Source of the DNA: an uncultured bacterium
GTDB lineage: Bacteria; Actinomycetota; Acidimicrobiia; Spongiisociales; ZC4RG35
Reading direction: 5' to 3'
Length of the DNA: 64,000 bases
Assembly (NCBI GenBank): GCA_963753285.1
Contig: CAVWBT010000011.1
Coordinates: 69,354-133,353 of the forward strand
Part shown: piece by piece, positions 27,442 through 38,190 of the stretch
Layout: the number at the start of each line of letters is the position of its first letter
Position numbering within the stretch: position 1 is the first letter of the stretch
Program-made: the position numbers and the translations under genes
Notes under the pieces: generated by a model
The model's database searches: none
What the model was told of the DNA's origin: nothing
What the model saw: the letters and a program-made list of their open reading frames with translations, nothing else

Positions 27442-28920
27442 TCAGACGGCATCGACGTTGTACGACGCGGTGGACTTCGCGATCAGTCTCATGCCGATCT
27501 CGTCGGCCAGATCTCCCGGAAGATCAATGATTCGAATCTGCGCACTGCCTCCGGCGGTGTCGATGGACACCGTTGCCAACCCGAGCCGACGCTGAAACGG
27601 GCTCCTCCGGATTGCGACGGTCTGGACCTTTGGCAGCGGGACACTCCACCAACGACGGGTCAACACGCCTTCCCTGGTGACCACGTGGCCTTCGGAGACC
27701 CGGTAGCCCAGTGCCCGGTATCGGGCCCGGGCGTACCACAGCGCACCGATCACCGCCAGCAACGGAGCTCCCAACCAGGCGACCGGACCGGAGTCGACGG
27801 TGAGAAACACGACGGCCGCCACGGGAAGTGATAGCACCAGCAGCGCTCGGATCGAGCCGCGCCGGATGGTCAATCGTGACACCGATTGCAGGGACACGAT
27901 GTCGGCCTCTGCGGGGCCGAGCACACGGGCGGTGAGCGCCAGTGCCGGACCGTTCGGAGCGATCGGCGTCAGCATGCCCGACCCTCCGCCTTCACCTCCC
28001 GGCGAGCCCGCGGTCTCTGCGATCACCGACGAATAGCCGAACACCCGGCGGAGCAGTGGTTGTTCGATCCTCACGGCCTGAATGCGGTTCAGTGGCGACG
28101 AGGCCTGGAACCGTGAGAGCAGCCCGTGCGATCTGCGGAGCTCGTCATCGGTCAACACGAGGCGGAACTCGAAGAAGCGGAGCACCGTGGTCGCGATGGA
28201 GGCGATCCAGCCGACGACGAGGGCGAGCAGAACGATCACAGCGCCCGCGACGATTGCGCCGGACCCGGACGAGAACGGCTCGGCGATCGCCGGGAACCAC
28301 CGCTCGATGATCTCGTAGGTGTCGGCGGTGGCGTCGTCGAACAGCTGGAAGGCGGTCCCGACGAGCACGGCGAGCGCGCCGATGCGGTTCGAGGTGGCGC
28401 CGCCGATGATCAGATCCATGAAGGGCGTCGAGGTCAGCAGCTCTTCCACCTTCTCGATCTGCTGTTCTCCCAGGTCACCGTGACGACGCTCTTCGAGCCA
28501 CCGTTCGAGCGCGTCGGCCTCGACGGCGGAGAGATAGCGCAGCGACAGCTCGGACCCCGATCCGCCGGCGGTCTCCGCTTTGAGCTCGTACAGCCCGAGA
28601 AAACGCGACGCCAGCGTCTGGTTGCGATCGATGCGCTGGATCCGATCGACCGGGATCGTGCGATCGTCGATCTGAAGCAGGCCGGAACGCACCCGCAAAC
28701 GGTCGCCCTCCACCCACCACCGCTGGCGCAGCCACGACACGAGGCGGGAGGCGGACAAGACGGCGATCAGGCCGCCGGCGCTGATCGCGGATTGTGCGAT
28801 GTCTCCGGCGTTGAATGCGATCACGACCACGAGCGGCAGGATGAACTGCCTGAGCAGATCGAAGGCAGTGAGGAGCGGCGTCCACCCGCTCGTGCGACGC
28901 GGCTCACCGAGGTCGTTCAA
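27442..28920 (-). CDS. YdbT-like membrane protein with three bacterial PH (bPH_2) domains
   Basis: N-terminal TM pair followed by repeated bPH_2-like segments. There is no ATG; the start is inferred at the TTG at 28920, overlapping the ydbS stop (TTGA) and preceded by GGAG. Confidence 0.75.
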   Translation of the reverse strand: MNDLGEPRRTSGWTPLLTAFDLLRQFILPLVVVIAFNAGDIAQSAISAGGLIAVLSASRLVSWLRQRWWVEGDRLRVRSGLLQIDDRTIPVDRIQRIDRNQTLASRFLGLYELKAETAGGSGSELSLRYLSAVEADALERWLEERRHGDLGEQQIEKVEELLTSTPFMDLIIGGATSNRIGALAVLVGTAFQLFDDATADTYEIIERWFPAIAEPFSSGSGAIVAGAVIVLLALVVGWIASIATTVLRFFEFRLVLTDDELRRSHGLLSRFQASSPLNRIQAVRIEQPLLRRVFGYSSVIAETAGSPGGEGGGSGMLTPIAPNGPALALTARVLGPAEADIVSLQSVSRLTIRRGSIRALLVLSLPVAAVVFLTVDSGPVAWLGAPLLAVIGALWYARARYRALGYRVSEGHVVTREGVLTRRWWSVPLPKVQTVAIRRSPFQRRLGLATVSIDTAGGSAQIRIIDLPGDLADEIGMRLIAKSTASYNVDAV

Positions 28921-29549
28921 CGACCGGCTCCGCGGGCGATCAGGGCCTGTCTCAACTCCTCGGCCCGCTCGGCGGTCAGACCGGGGATGGATGCGTCGGC
29001 TTCTCGTGTCCCCGCCGTGTAGATCGAGAGCTGGCGCAGGTTGAACAGTCGATCGACCGGACCGCTCGAGAGATCGACGTGCTGAATCCTCACCCGAGGG
29101 ATGATCCTGGTCAGCTTGAACACCACCCCGCGATCGATGACCAGCTCGGTCTCGTCGAGTTCCCACGACCAGTGCCGGTAGCGGGTCACCGTCCGCCAGA
29201 CACTGAAGGCGAGCAACCCGACGATCGTCAAGGACGTGGCGAGGCCGGTCCTCGTCGGGAACACGAAGATGTCCAGTTGGAGCACCACGAGGGTCACCAA
29301 CAGCGACGGAATCAGATAGCCGACGAACCACACCCATCGCACCGACGTCGAGAGCATCTGCCGCTCGAACGTCACTGGTGCGGGGTCGACGACCTCGGTG
29401 TCCGGATCCGGCTCCGGCAACGGATCGACCTCGTCGGCCCAGGCGGACCAGAGCGGATCCTGCGTCACCGCTTCGCCGGCGCGTGTCTCGTGTTCGGGGC
29501 GTGCGTCCTCCACCTCGGGGATCTCACTGCCGTCGTGGTCTGGCGTCAT
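28917..29549 (-). CDS. YdbS-like bPH_2 domain membrane protein with an acidic N-terminal extension
   Basis: Two TM helices plus a PH domain. Its ATG overlaps the metG stop (ATGA). Confidence 0.7.
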   Translation of the reverse strand: MTPDHDGSEIPEVEDARPEHETRAGEAVTQDPLWSAWADEVDPLPEPDPDTEVVDPAPVTFERQMLSTSVRWVWFVGYLIPSLLVTLVVLQLDIFVFPTRTGLATSLTIVGLLAFSVWRTVTRYRHWSWELDETELVIDRGVVFKLTRIIPRVRIQHVDLSSGPVDRLFNLRQLSIYTAGTREADASIPGLTAERAEELRQALIARGAGR

Positions 29550-31195
29550 TCGTCGAGGGCGTCCGCTTCCAGCTTCGTGAACAGCGGGCGGACTTCACCC
29601 AGGCTGCTCCCGCCCAGTAGCTCGGGTCGCTCCCACGCCGACACGGGGTCGAGTCCGAGGATCTGACCGAGTCGATCCGACGTGAACGGCAGATACGGGG
29701 TCAGCGCCACGCGCAACCCGGAGATCGCCTGGAGTGCGGTCCACAGCACCGTGGCGCCGCGGTCGCGATCGGTCTTGAGCAGCCTCCACGGCTCCTCGGC
29801 GTTCAGATAGACGTTGACAGACTGGGCACCGTCCATCGCCCTGCGGAGACCGGTGCGCAGTTCCACCTTCCCGATCGCTTCCGCCACTTCGGCGAGGGTG
29901 CGGTCGGTGTCGTCGAGGACCTGTCGGTCCCCGTCGGTCAGTTCAGCGGGCTCCGGCACCGTCGACTCGAAGTTCTTTGCGGTGATCGACAGCACCCGAT
30001 TGACCAGGTTGCCCCACGTTGCCACGAGCTCTTCGTTGATGCGGGCGATCATCTGGTCGTCGGAGAGGTCGGTGTCGTTCTGTTCGGGCAGGATCGCCGC
30101 GATCGCATAGCGCAGCGCATCGGGTTCGAGCCGGTCGGCGTACCAGCCGATCGACCGTCCGACACCGCGCGATGCGGATGCCTTGTCGCCCTTGAACGTG
30201 ATGTACTGGTTCGCCGGCACGTCGGTCGGGAGGTTGAGCCCGCCGTACCCCATCAGCTGGCAGGGCCAGATGACTGCGTGGAACACGACGTTGTCTTTGC
30301 CGATGAAGTAGTAGCTCTCGGCGTCGGGGTCCTCCCACCACGCCTTCCAGGCATCTGGGTCGCCCGAGTTCTTCGCCCACTCGACCGAGGCACTGAGGTA
30401 TCCGATCACGGCGTCGAACCAGACGTAGATCCGTTTGCCGTCGCCGATCGTGTCGTACGGACTCGGGATCGGGACACCCCAGTCGAGGTCCCGGGTGATT
30501 GCCCGATCCTGGAGGCCGCCTTCGGTGAAGCCGATCGCCATGTTTTGGACGTGCTTGCGCCATCCCTGGCGGCTCTTCAGCCAATCGAGGAGGCGGTCCT
30601 GGAACTTCGAGAGCAGCAGGAAGTAGTGCTCGGTCGGGCGCATCTCGGGGGTGGCGCCGGTGAGGCGGCTCCGCGGGTCGATCAGGTCGATGGGGTCGAG
30701 CTGGCGGCCGCAGTTGTCGCACTGGTCGCCTCGCGCTGCGTCGTACTCGCAGTGAGGGCAGGTGCCCTCGACATACCGATCGGGAAGGAACCGCTCCGCC
30801 TCGGGGTCGTACAACTGGTCGCTGGAGCGGGCCTCGATGTACCCGCCTTCGGCGAGGCGGGAGAACACGTCCTGGGTGACCTGGTGATGGTTCTCGGTCC
30901 CCGTCGAGGTGTACAGGTCCCAGGCGATCCCGACCTTGTCCCACGCCTCGAGGAATTCGCTGTGGTAGCGGTCGACGATCACCTGCGGCTCGACGCCCTC
31001 CTGTTCTGCGCGGACCGTGATCGGCGTGCCGTGGACGTCGGAGCCAGACACCATGAGAACGTTGTCCCCGGCCAGTCGATGGAACCGGGCGAAGATGTCT
31101 GCGGGGAGATAGGCCCCGCCGAGATGCCCGAGGTGGCGCGGACCGGACGCGTAGGGCCATGCGACGGCGACGAGGATGTTTCGGGGTTCTGGCAT
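29546..31195 (-). CDS. metG: methionine--tRNA ligase
   Basis: HLGH (PRHLGHLGG) and KMSKS-like (KGDKASASRG) motifs. The zinc knuckle is CPHCEYD...CDNCG. ATG at 31195. Confidence 0.9.
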   Translation of the reverse strand: MPEPRNILVAVAWPYASGPRHLGHLGGAYLPADIFARFHRLAGDNVLMVSGSDVHGTPITVRAEQEGVEPQVIVDRYHSEFLEAWDKVGIAWDLYTSTGTENHHQVTQDVFSRLAEGGYIEARSSDQLYDPEAERFLPDRYVEGTCPHCEYDAARGDQCDNCGRQLDPIDLIDPRSRLTGATPEMRPTEHYFLLLSKFQDRLLDWLKSRQGWRKHVQNMAIGFTEGGLQDRAITRDLDWGVPIPSPYDTIGDGKRIYVWFDAVIGYLSASVEWAKNSGDPDAWKAWWEDPDAESYYFIGKDNVVFHAVIWPCQLMGYGGLNLPTDVPANQYITFKGDKASASRGVGRSIGWYADRLEPDALRYAIAAILPEQNDTDLSDDQMIARINEELVATWGNLVNRVLSITAKNFESTVPEPAELTDGDRQVLDDTDRTLAEVAEAIGKVELRTGLRRAMDGAQSVNVYLNAEEPWRLLKTDRDRGATVLWTALQAISGLRVALTPYLPFTSDRLGQILGLDPVSAWERPELLGGSSLGEVRPLFTKLEADALDE

Positions 31196-31260
31196 CCCGC
31201 GAGGGTACCGGTCTGCCCGATCTGTACCCACACGGATTTGCCCGGAGCGTCCACTCTCCG

Positions 31261-32196
31261 TCAGAGCACCGTGCTCGGACGGGACGGGGATTTCGCCAGG
31301 CGGTCCGAGAGCCACACGCCGACCACGATCATGACGGCCCCCGAGGCGAACGCAGCGGTGACCGGGTCGCCGAGGAAGAGGATGGACCCGATGGCGGCGA
31401 CGATCGGAACCAGGTATCCGATGTTGGCGACGGTGGCCGCCGACGCGAGTTCCGCCGCCTTGAGAAGCGAGTAGAAGGGAATCGCAGTCGACACGACGGC
31501 CATGACCACGAGCCCGAGCCACTGGATCGCTTCGAAGCTGCCCAGCTCGAGCCCGCCCACGGGCGCTGCCACCACCACCAGTGCGATCGCAGCTGCGACG
31601 AACTGGGAGCCGGCGAGGTCGATCGCGGGGATCTGCATGGCGAAGCGCCGGTTCATCGCTCCGCCCAACCCCGCCGACGCGACACCGGAGATGCCTAGCA
31701 CGACCCCGATGATCGAGAGGGCGGTGCCGTCGGCGGAACGAGATCCGGTGACGAGGATCGCCGCTCCGACCACGGCGACTGCCACACCCGGAAGCCTGCG
31801 CACGACGAACCGCTCACCCGGGACGATCGTGTGGGCGAACGCGATGGTCGTCACGGGGATGAACGCAGCCAGGATTCCGGCGACCGATGCGGGGAGCAGG
31901 TCGGTTGCGAACGTGAGGAACACGGTCGGAATCGCGACGTTGATCAATCCGAGTGCCACTCCCCGGTTGCGGGTGAGTCGTTCGACCCTGCGGCCGCGGG
32001 TGATGAATGCCACGATCACGATCGCCGCGATCACGTATCTCGGAGCGAAGAACTGCCAGACCCCCACGCCCGAATCGAGCAGGGCCTTGGAGAGCGGGAA
32101 CCCGCCTCCGAACCCCAGCGCTGCAAGCGTGATCCAGGTCCACGGGTTGGTGGACAGGCGAGAGGAGAGCGATTCGGTCGGCGGCACGGTCGGCAC
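31261..32196 (-). CDS. EamA/DMT-family transporter
   Basis: Ten TM helices in two EamA halves. The start is uncertain (GTG cluster at 32187-32196). The long upstream ORF extension is Arg/Pro-rich and non-membrane. Confidence 0.65.
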   Translation of the reverse strand: MPTVPPTESLSSRLSTNPWTWITLAALGFGGGFPLSKALLDSGVGVWQFFAPRYVIAAIVIVAFITRGRRVERLTRNRGVALGLINVAIPTVFLTFATDLLPASVAGILAAFIPVTTIAFAHTIVPGERFVVRRLPGVAVAVVGAAILVTGSRSADGTALSIIGVVLGISGVASAGLGGAMNRRFAMQIPAIDLAGSQFVAAAIALVVVAAPVGGLELGSFEAIQWLGLVVMAVVSTAIPFYSLLKAAELASAATVANIGYLVPIVAAIGSILFLGDPVTAAFASGAVMIVVGVWLSDRLAKSPSRPSTVL

Positions 32197-32400
32197 CACG
32201 GCAGTCTCGACACCCGGGCTGTCAACGGCAACTCGGCGCTCGGGTGATTCCGGCGTGATCCGATCGCCTGTTCGCGGGTTCGCCTTGCCTGCACATCCCG
32301 TGTCGTCGACGGACCATGTGCGATCGATGCTTGCCGTTCGAGGACCCGTCCTCGGACCGTCGACCGTTACGCTCGTCGTCGAACGCACCCGAGGAGCAAC

Positions 32401-32881
32401 CGTGCCTGCCATCGATCCGATCAAGTTCCGGAACGCCGCCGGACAGTTCATGACCGGCGTGACCGTTGTGACGACGATCGACGCCGCCGGCGAGCGGGCC
32501 GGCCTCACGGCCAACTCGTTCAGCTCGGTGTCGCTCGACCCGCCCATGGTCCTGGTGTGCATCGGCAACGAGACGTCGACGGTCGAGGCGTTCAAGGCCG
32601 GCAAGGGCTTCGTGGTCCATGTGCTGGCGGATGCCCAGAAGGGCGTGTCCATGCAGTTCGCCGCCAAGGGGATCGACCGGTTCGAGGGCCTCGACGTCAG
32701 TGAGGGATTCAATGGCCTTCCGGTGGTCGCCGGGGCACTGGCGACGTTCGAGTGCAGCACCGCCCACGTCTACGAGGGCGGTGATCATCTGATCTTCGTC
32801 GGAGAGGTGCAGCGTCTCTCGACCGGCGACACCGACGCCCCCGCCCTCGGCTACTTCCGCGGCCGCTACTTCTCGAGCTGA
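32401..32881 (+). CDS. flavin reductase family protein (HpaC-like FMN-binding split barrel)
   Basis: 160-aa translation. GTG start with a GAGGAG RBS. Confidence 0.8.
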
Positions 32882-32883
32882 TG

Positions 32884-32938
32884 CGAACCCAGGGTTCCTG
32901 ACGACACCTGGTGTCGATCTCGGCGCAAGGTTCGGACG
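32884..32938. repeat. GC-rich palindromic REP-like element, copy C
   Basis: GCGAACCCAGGGTTCCTGACGACACCTGGTGTCGATCTCGGCGCAAGGTTCGG, related to 7207-7262. Confidence 0.55.
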
Positions 32939-33050
32939 TCAATGTGCGCTCACGGTGGGCGCTGCAGTCGGGTCCTCCTCCTCTGGACGAGTCGACCCCA
33001 TTCAGATAGTTGCGGTTGTGGAGTCGTCGCTAGCTGCTCAGAGGTGACTC

Positions 33051-34274
33051 GTGACGCTATCAGGGCACACGCCGACACGGTCGGGGCAGGGGAGCACGGC
33101 GCCGGACACGGATCCGATCCAGCAGCCCGTTTCGTCTCTTCCCGAGGGGTCGACCGAGTGCAGCGATGCATTCGACGCCCGTGTGGAGGAGGTCCGCAGA
33201 CTGTACGGCTCCGGCGGTGCCTATCTCTTCGGGCGGCTGGAGGATGTGATTCGGCGGCGGCTCGGCCTGGCTGCCAGGAGCGGGACGAACGCAGCACTCG
33301 GGGGACTGATGAGTGTGGGCATCAGACTGGGCCTCGCGCTGCTGGTGACGGCGCTCGTCGGGCAGTGGTCCGACATTCCGTGGGGCCGGTGGGCGGTCAT
33401 CCTCGTGTACTTCGGGTTGTTCGATGCCACACTGCCGTGGAGATTCCCGCCTCTCGACGAGCCCCTGTCGCCAAGACAACGCCGTTTCGTCGAGGACATG
33501 ACCCCGCTGCTTCCTGCGATCGTTCGAGAGCGCGACGTGCAGGATCTGGCGGACTTCGTGCGGCGTTGGAATCGGCCGTCAGTCTCCGCAGCAGCCGGTG
33601 TGCTCGTGACGGCACTCATGTTCGGAGCCGGCTGGTTGTTCACGCCTGCGGCGATGTCCGAGCTCCCAGCCGGCAGCGTGGTCCTGTTGGCTTTCCTGCT
33701 CTTCGACGTCGGGGCGGTGCTCGGAGGTCTCTTCGAGTGGGCGTTCGTAGCACGCCAGGCCCGGTACGACCATCATCTGTTCTGGCCGAGTCCATCCGAC
33801 TCGCCTGAAGTTCGGAGGGCAACACAGATGTTGAGCCTGAAGGGCACGGCGGGTTGGATCACCGGCGTTCTGGTGCTCACGTTGGTCCTGGTGTCGTGGG
33901 ACTCGGCACTGGTGCTACCCCTGTCTGGGTGGTTCATCGGGATTGGCTATCTGGTCGTGATCGGCTCGGCTCTCGGAAGTCGTGCCAGCATCCGCAAGAT
34001 CGTCGAGCGGGCCCGCCACCAGCAATTAGGAGAGCTTCGGCAATGTATCGAGCCCTTCAAGTCACGCTTCAGCGACTTGTCCACACAGGAGCTCGAGCAT
34101 CTGCGGGGGCTTCTCTTCCTCCACGACAGGATTCGTGATGCGCCTGCCAGTCCCTCCACCACCCACACCCTCTTGCGCGCCGCAGCGGGATTGATCCTCC
34201 CCACCATCGTGTTCGTGATCACCGTGCTGGGCGAGGTGACGGTCGAGCGGCTCCTCGACGCCATTCTCCCTTGA
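33051..34274 (+). CDS. 7-TM membrane protein, unknown family (paralog 1 of a tandem array)
   Basis: GTG start within the conserved leader GAGGTGACTCGTG. The conserved C-terminus is PTIVFVITVLGEVTVERLLDAILP. Confidence 0.7.
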   Translation: MTLSGHTPTRSGQGSTAPDTDPIQQPVSSLPEGSTECSDAFDARVEEVRRLYGSGGAYLFGRLEDVIRRRLGLAARSGTNAALGGLMSVGIRLGLALLVTALVGQWSDIPWGRWAVILVYFGLFDATLPWRFPPLDEPLSPRQRRFVEDMTPLLPAIVRERDVQDLADFVRRWNRPSVSAAAGVLVTALMFGAGWLFTPAAMSELPAGSVVLLAFLLFDVGAVLGGLFEWAFVARQARYDHHLFWPSPSDSPEVRRATQMLSLKGTAGWITGVLVLTLVLVSWDSALVLPLSGWFIGIGYLVVIGSALGSRASIRKIVERARHQQLGELRQCIEPFKSRFSDLSTQELEHLRGLLFLHDRIRDAPASPSTTHTLLRAAAGLILPTIVFVITVLGEVTVERLLDAILP

Positions 34275-34455
34275 GCCGGGCATCGACGGCCTGCGATGGG
34301 GTGAACATGGACCGAGAGCGTCCTACCGCATCGTGCGCTCATGCTGCGGCCGCGATTGGGCCTCATGCCTCTGGCCGGACCGAACCAGTTCGGGTACTTA
34401 ACGGGTTGGGCGCCATTCCGATGCCGGGAGCAGGTGAGTGGCGCCGAGGTGGCTC

Positions 34456-35706
34456 GTGACTGAAACACCGAAAGCGTTGACCGAGTCGGAAGTGCTGGAT
34501 CGACCTCTCTTCGATGCGGGTGTGACACCGGAGTCCGTGTTCTTCTCGGCCGGTGTCGAACCTCGACGCGATGAGTCATCGGACCGGCGGGAGCGGATCG
34601 AAGCGGGTGTGGAGGAGATCGGCAGACGATTTGCGTCCATCGACGTGTTTCTTCTTCCCGGTCTCGAGGATCGGATTCGGCGCAGACTCGGGCTGGCACC
34701 TCAAAGCGCTGGCGGAGCTGCGCTGTCGGGGCTGGTCGGTGTGGGGATCAGGCTCGGGCTCGTGTTGTTGGTCACTGCGGTGGCCGGACAGTGGACAGCG
34801 GTTGCCTGGGGTCAGTGGGTGGCCATCATCATGTGGTACGGGGTGTGGGATGCCACGCAGCCGTGGAGAACTCCGCCGGTCGACGCCTCGATCCGGCCGA
34901 GCATGAGGCGATACCTGGACAACTGGTTTGCGTTACCCACGACCATCGTCCGGGAATCAGACGTGCGAGACCTCGCCGACTTCACCGGGCGCTGGGTGCG
35001 GCTGCGCGTCTCCGCGCCGGTGGGGGTTGGTGTGGCAGCCCTCATGCTGGGCACCTGCTGGCTGTTGACACCTACCGCCTTGAGCGAGCTTCCGGTCGGG
35101 AGCGTCGTCTTGCTGGCCTTTCTGCTCTACGACTTCGGGGCACTCATGGTCTTCGGGGACTTCTTCTGGTGGGGGTTCACGGCGCGCCAAGCCCGCTACG
35201 ACCACCACTTGTTCTGGCCGAGCCCCGGCGACTCGCCCGAAGTCGGAAAGGCGATGCGGATGCAGCCGCTGCTGGCCAACGCCTGGTGGATCACCGTCTA
35301 TCTGGCGCTGACCCTGGTCTTGTTGTCCTGGGACTCCCTGCTTGTCGTGCCACTGGCATTGGGTTTCATCGTGATCGGCTACCTCGTAACGATCGCTGCA
35401 GCCATCGGGAGCCGGGCCGGCGTCCGCAAGATCATCGACGGAAGCCGCCGGCAGCGCCTGGCCCGATTGCGACATCGCATCGATGCCTTCGAATCGCGTT
35501 TCGAGGACCTCTCGAGGAAAGAGTCGGCGCGACTCCGTGATCTCCTCTTCCTCCACAACGCCATCCGCGACGCTCCCACCTCATCTCCGCACGGGAGCAC
35601 ACTCGCTCGTACTGCGGCCGCCCTGATCCTTCCCACGATCATGTTCGTCGTCACGGTCTTCGGTGAGGTGTCTGCGGAGAGGTTCCTGGACGCGATCCTC
35701 CCCTGA
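34456..35706 (+). CDS. 7-TM membrane protein, unknown family (paralog 2)
   Basis: About 60% identical to paralog 1 after a divergent N-terminal region of about 60 aa. Start set at the GTG matching the conserved leader (GAGGTGGCTCGTG). The ORF track begins 18 nt earlier. Confidence 0.65.
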   Translation: MTETPKALTESEVLDRPLFDAGVTPESVFFSAGVEPRRDESSDRRERIEAGVEEIGRRFASIDVFLLPGLEDRIRRRLGLAPQSAGGAALSGLVGVGIRLGLVLLVTAVAGQWTAVAWGQWVAIIMWYGVWDATQPWRTPPVDASIRPSMRRYLDNWFALPTTIVRESDVRDLADFTGRWVRLRVSAPVGVGVAALMLGTCWLLTPTALSELPVGSVVLLAFLLYDFGALMVFGDFFWWGFTARQARYDHHLFWPSPGDSPEVGKAMRMQPLLANAWWITVYLALTLVLLSWDSLLVVPLALGFIVIGYLVTIAAAIGSRAGVRKIIDGSRRQRLARLRHRIDAFESRFEDLSRKESARLRDLLFLHNAIRDAPTSSPHGSTLARTAAALILPTIMFVVTVFGEVSAERFLDAILP

Positions 35707-35880
35707 GCCCGAAGAGGCTGAACCGATGGCCTCCATCGGTGATTGGTCCTGGTGCGGCGCTGCGAAGCAGTGCCTCCAGGCAGGAGTTCGGGTCCTCTTG
35801 CTCTAGCCGGGGCGAATCCGGGAGCCACTATTTGAGTAGCGGGAGATGTCGATTCGCACGCCGAGGTGCGGAGGTGATTC

Positions 35881-36655
35881 GTGCACGGCACGCCGGTTCC
35901 GACGGGAGCACACAACCGCCGCTCGAGCAGGGGATCGGAAAGCAGACACCGAGGGGGACCACTGGCGCCGGACGTGAGTCGCCGTTACGCACGTCGACAA
36001 GCGTTCGAAGGCTACGAACAGCAGCCCCGTGGCCGAAGCGAGAGGACGGTTCGGAGGACATCGTGGACGGAGATTCGCGATTGCTGTACGGCTCGACTCG
36101 GATTTCCTCTCGCTCTGGGAAGATGCCATCCGCCGTTGGATCGGGCTTTCTCCGGCGAGTTCGGGAGCCGCGGCGTTGGCCGTTCTCGATGCACTCAGGC
36201 ATCAGGCTGGTGTACACGGTCGATTGCCGGTTCTGGACCACCACCTTCCTGATCCTGACCTTGGTCCTGGTGTCCTGGGACTCGCCGGTGGTACTGCCGC
36301 TCGCCGTGGCCTTCGTGGTGATCGGCTACCTCACCACCATCGGCCTGACCGTCTCCAACCGTGCAAGCGTCCGGAAGATCATCGAGCGAAGCCGGGCCCA
36401 ACGGCTGACCGCGCGCTGCGGAGCGAGATCGACACGTTCGAGTCGAGCTTCGTTCGTCTTTCGCCGGAGGAGTCGGGGCATCTCCGGGATCTCATGCTCC
36501 TCCACGACAAGGTCCGGGACGCTCCGGGCGCTCCGACTCGCTCCAGCACGCTCGTGCGCACGGCTGCTGCGTTGGTCCCCCCAACCATCGCATTCGTGAT
36601 CACCGTCTTCGGTGAGGTGTCGGCCGAACGGATCCTCGAGGCGGTCCTTCCCTGA
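35881..36655 (+). pseudogene. decayed paralog 3 (internal deletion of about 190 codons plus a frameshift)
   Basis: The conserved leader and GTG are at 35881. Homologous segments are split between ORF fragments 35881..36252, 36029..36655 and 35739..36599. The conserved C-terminus AFVITVFGEVSAERILEAVLP is present. Confidence 0.55.
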
Positions 36656-36813
36656 GTTTGCAGACACCCGTCATCGGTGCATGCCTGCGGGTCGCCGGTC
36701 GCGTAGTCAGGAGATCGGGCCCTCCTCCTCTGGTGCGATCGAGACCGGTGTGTGAACGTTCGAGTTGCGGAGCGACGTCGTCGCGTTCCGCCAAAGCGGC
36801 GCAGAGGTGAGTC

Positions 36814-38074
36814 GTGATACGAACACCCCCCGCAGCGAGAGACACGCGGATCGCCGGGTCCGCGTCGGAGGTCCTTGCGGCCGCCGGAGCGGAGGTGGGT
36901 TCCCATTCGGAGCCATCGCAGCCATGGTCCGAGTTGCGGCTCGAACGCATGGAGGCGTTCGATGCCTGCGTGGAGGACATTCGCAGAACGTACTTCTCCA
37001 GCGGCATCGACTGGCTTCCCAGATTGGCAGATCGCATTCGGAGGCGGGCCGGTCTGGATGCGAGGAGTGTTGGGTCTCTGCGTTGGCGGGAATCATCCCC
37101 GCCGGTCTCAGGCTCGCCGTCATGCTGGCCGCCACCGTTCTGTCGGGGAGTGGTCAGCGAGTTCCATGGGGTCCATGGGCGGCAATCGTCGCTCTTCTCG
37201 CGCCTGAATGATGCGACGACTCCACATGGTACCGCCTCTCGACGCTCGTCGCGGACCGCGCTTGGCGGAGACTCGTCGAGGACTGGACGGCGATGGTCCC
37301 GACCATCCCCCGGGAGTCCGACCTTCGCGACCTCGCACGCCTCACGAGACGGTGGATGCGGACGTCGATGTCGGTGGCGGCCGGGGTTGCAGTAGCGAGC
37401 ATGATGTTGTTCGTCAGCTTGGTGTACGCCCCGGTTGCCCTGCGCACACTTCCGATCGGTAGCACTGTCCTGCTGTTTCTGGTGCTCTACGAGTTTGGGG
37501 TGAACGTTGTCTTCTGGGGAAACCTCTTCAACCGGGCGTTCATGGCTCGCGAAAGCAGATACGAGCATCGCTGTACTGGCCGAGTCCGGCCGACTCGCTC
37601 GAGGTTCGCAAGGTCATGCGGAAGACGAGCAGCCAGGCGTTCATCGCCGGTTGGTGGATCACGGTCTTCCTGGTCATGTCCGTCGTACTGGTCGGTTGGA
37701 GCTCTCCGCTGGTGCTGCCGCTGGCGTTGGGCTTTGTGACGATCGGCTACTTGACCACGATTGGGCTGGCGATCAGCAATCGTGCCAGCGTTCGGGTGAT
37801 CGTCGAACGGAGCCGCCAGCAGGCGATTGGGACCCTGCGGCAGCGTATCGATGTCTTCGAATCACGCCTTGTCGAGCTTGCTCCGCAGGAAGCTGAGGAG
37901 CTCGAGCGTTTGCTGTTCCTGCACGACAGGATTCGCGACGCTCCGTCATCTCCCGCCGCCACCCATGCGATCGCGAGCACCGCTGCCGGGCTGCTCCTGC
38001 CGACCATCGCCTTCATCATCACCGTGTTCGGCGAGGTGTCCGCCGAACGCCTGCTCGACGCCATCCTCCCGTGA
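36814..38074 (+). pseudogene. decayed paralog 4 (at least three frame disruptions; a 1-nt deletion is identifiable at about 37570)
   Basis: The full length is alignable to paralogs 1 and 2 but is distributed over four ORF fragments (36814.., 36765.., 37293.., 37616..). Confidence 0.55.
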
Positions 38075-38190
38075 TCGGAAGCAGGCGACCGGCCGCGCCT
38101 CCCTGGGTGACGTCTACGGTGTGCGGGCCGTACGCAATACGCATGAGCCTTCGCGCCAGTGGGTGGTCATCGAGTCTGGCGGGATGCGCT

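Noticed and set aside
36029-36655. Calling the fragments of paralog 3 and paralog 4 as independent small CDSs.
   Set aside because: Each fragment aligns to a different contiguous segment of the intact paralogs, and frame changes occur at single-nucleotide indels. They are better explained as decayed or frameshifted copies.
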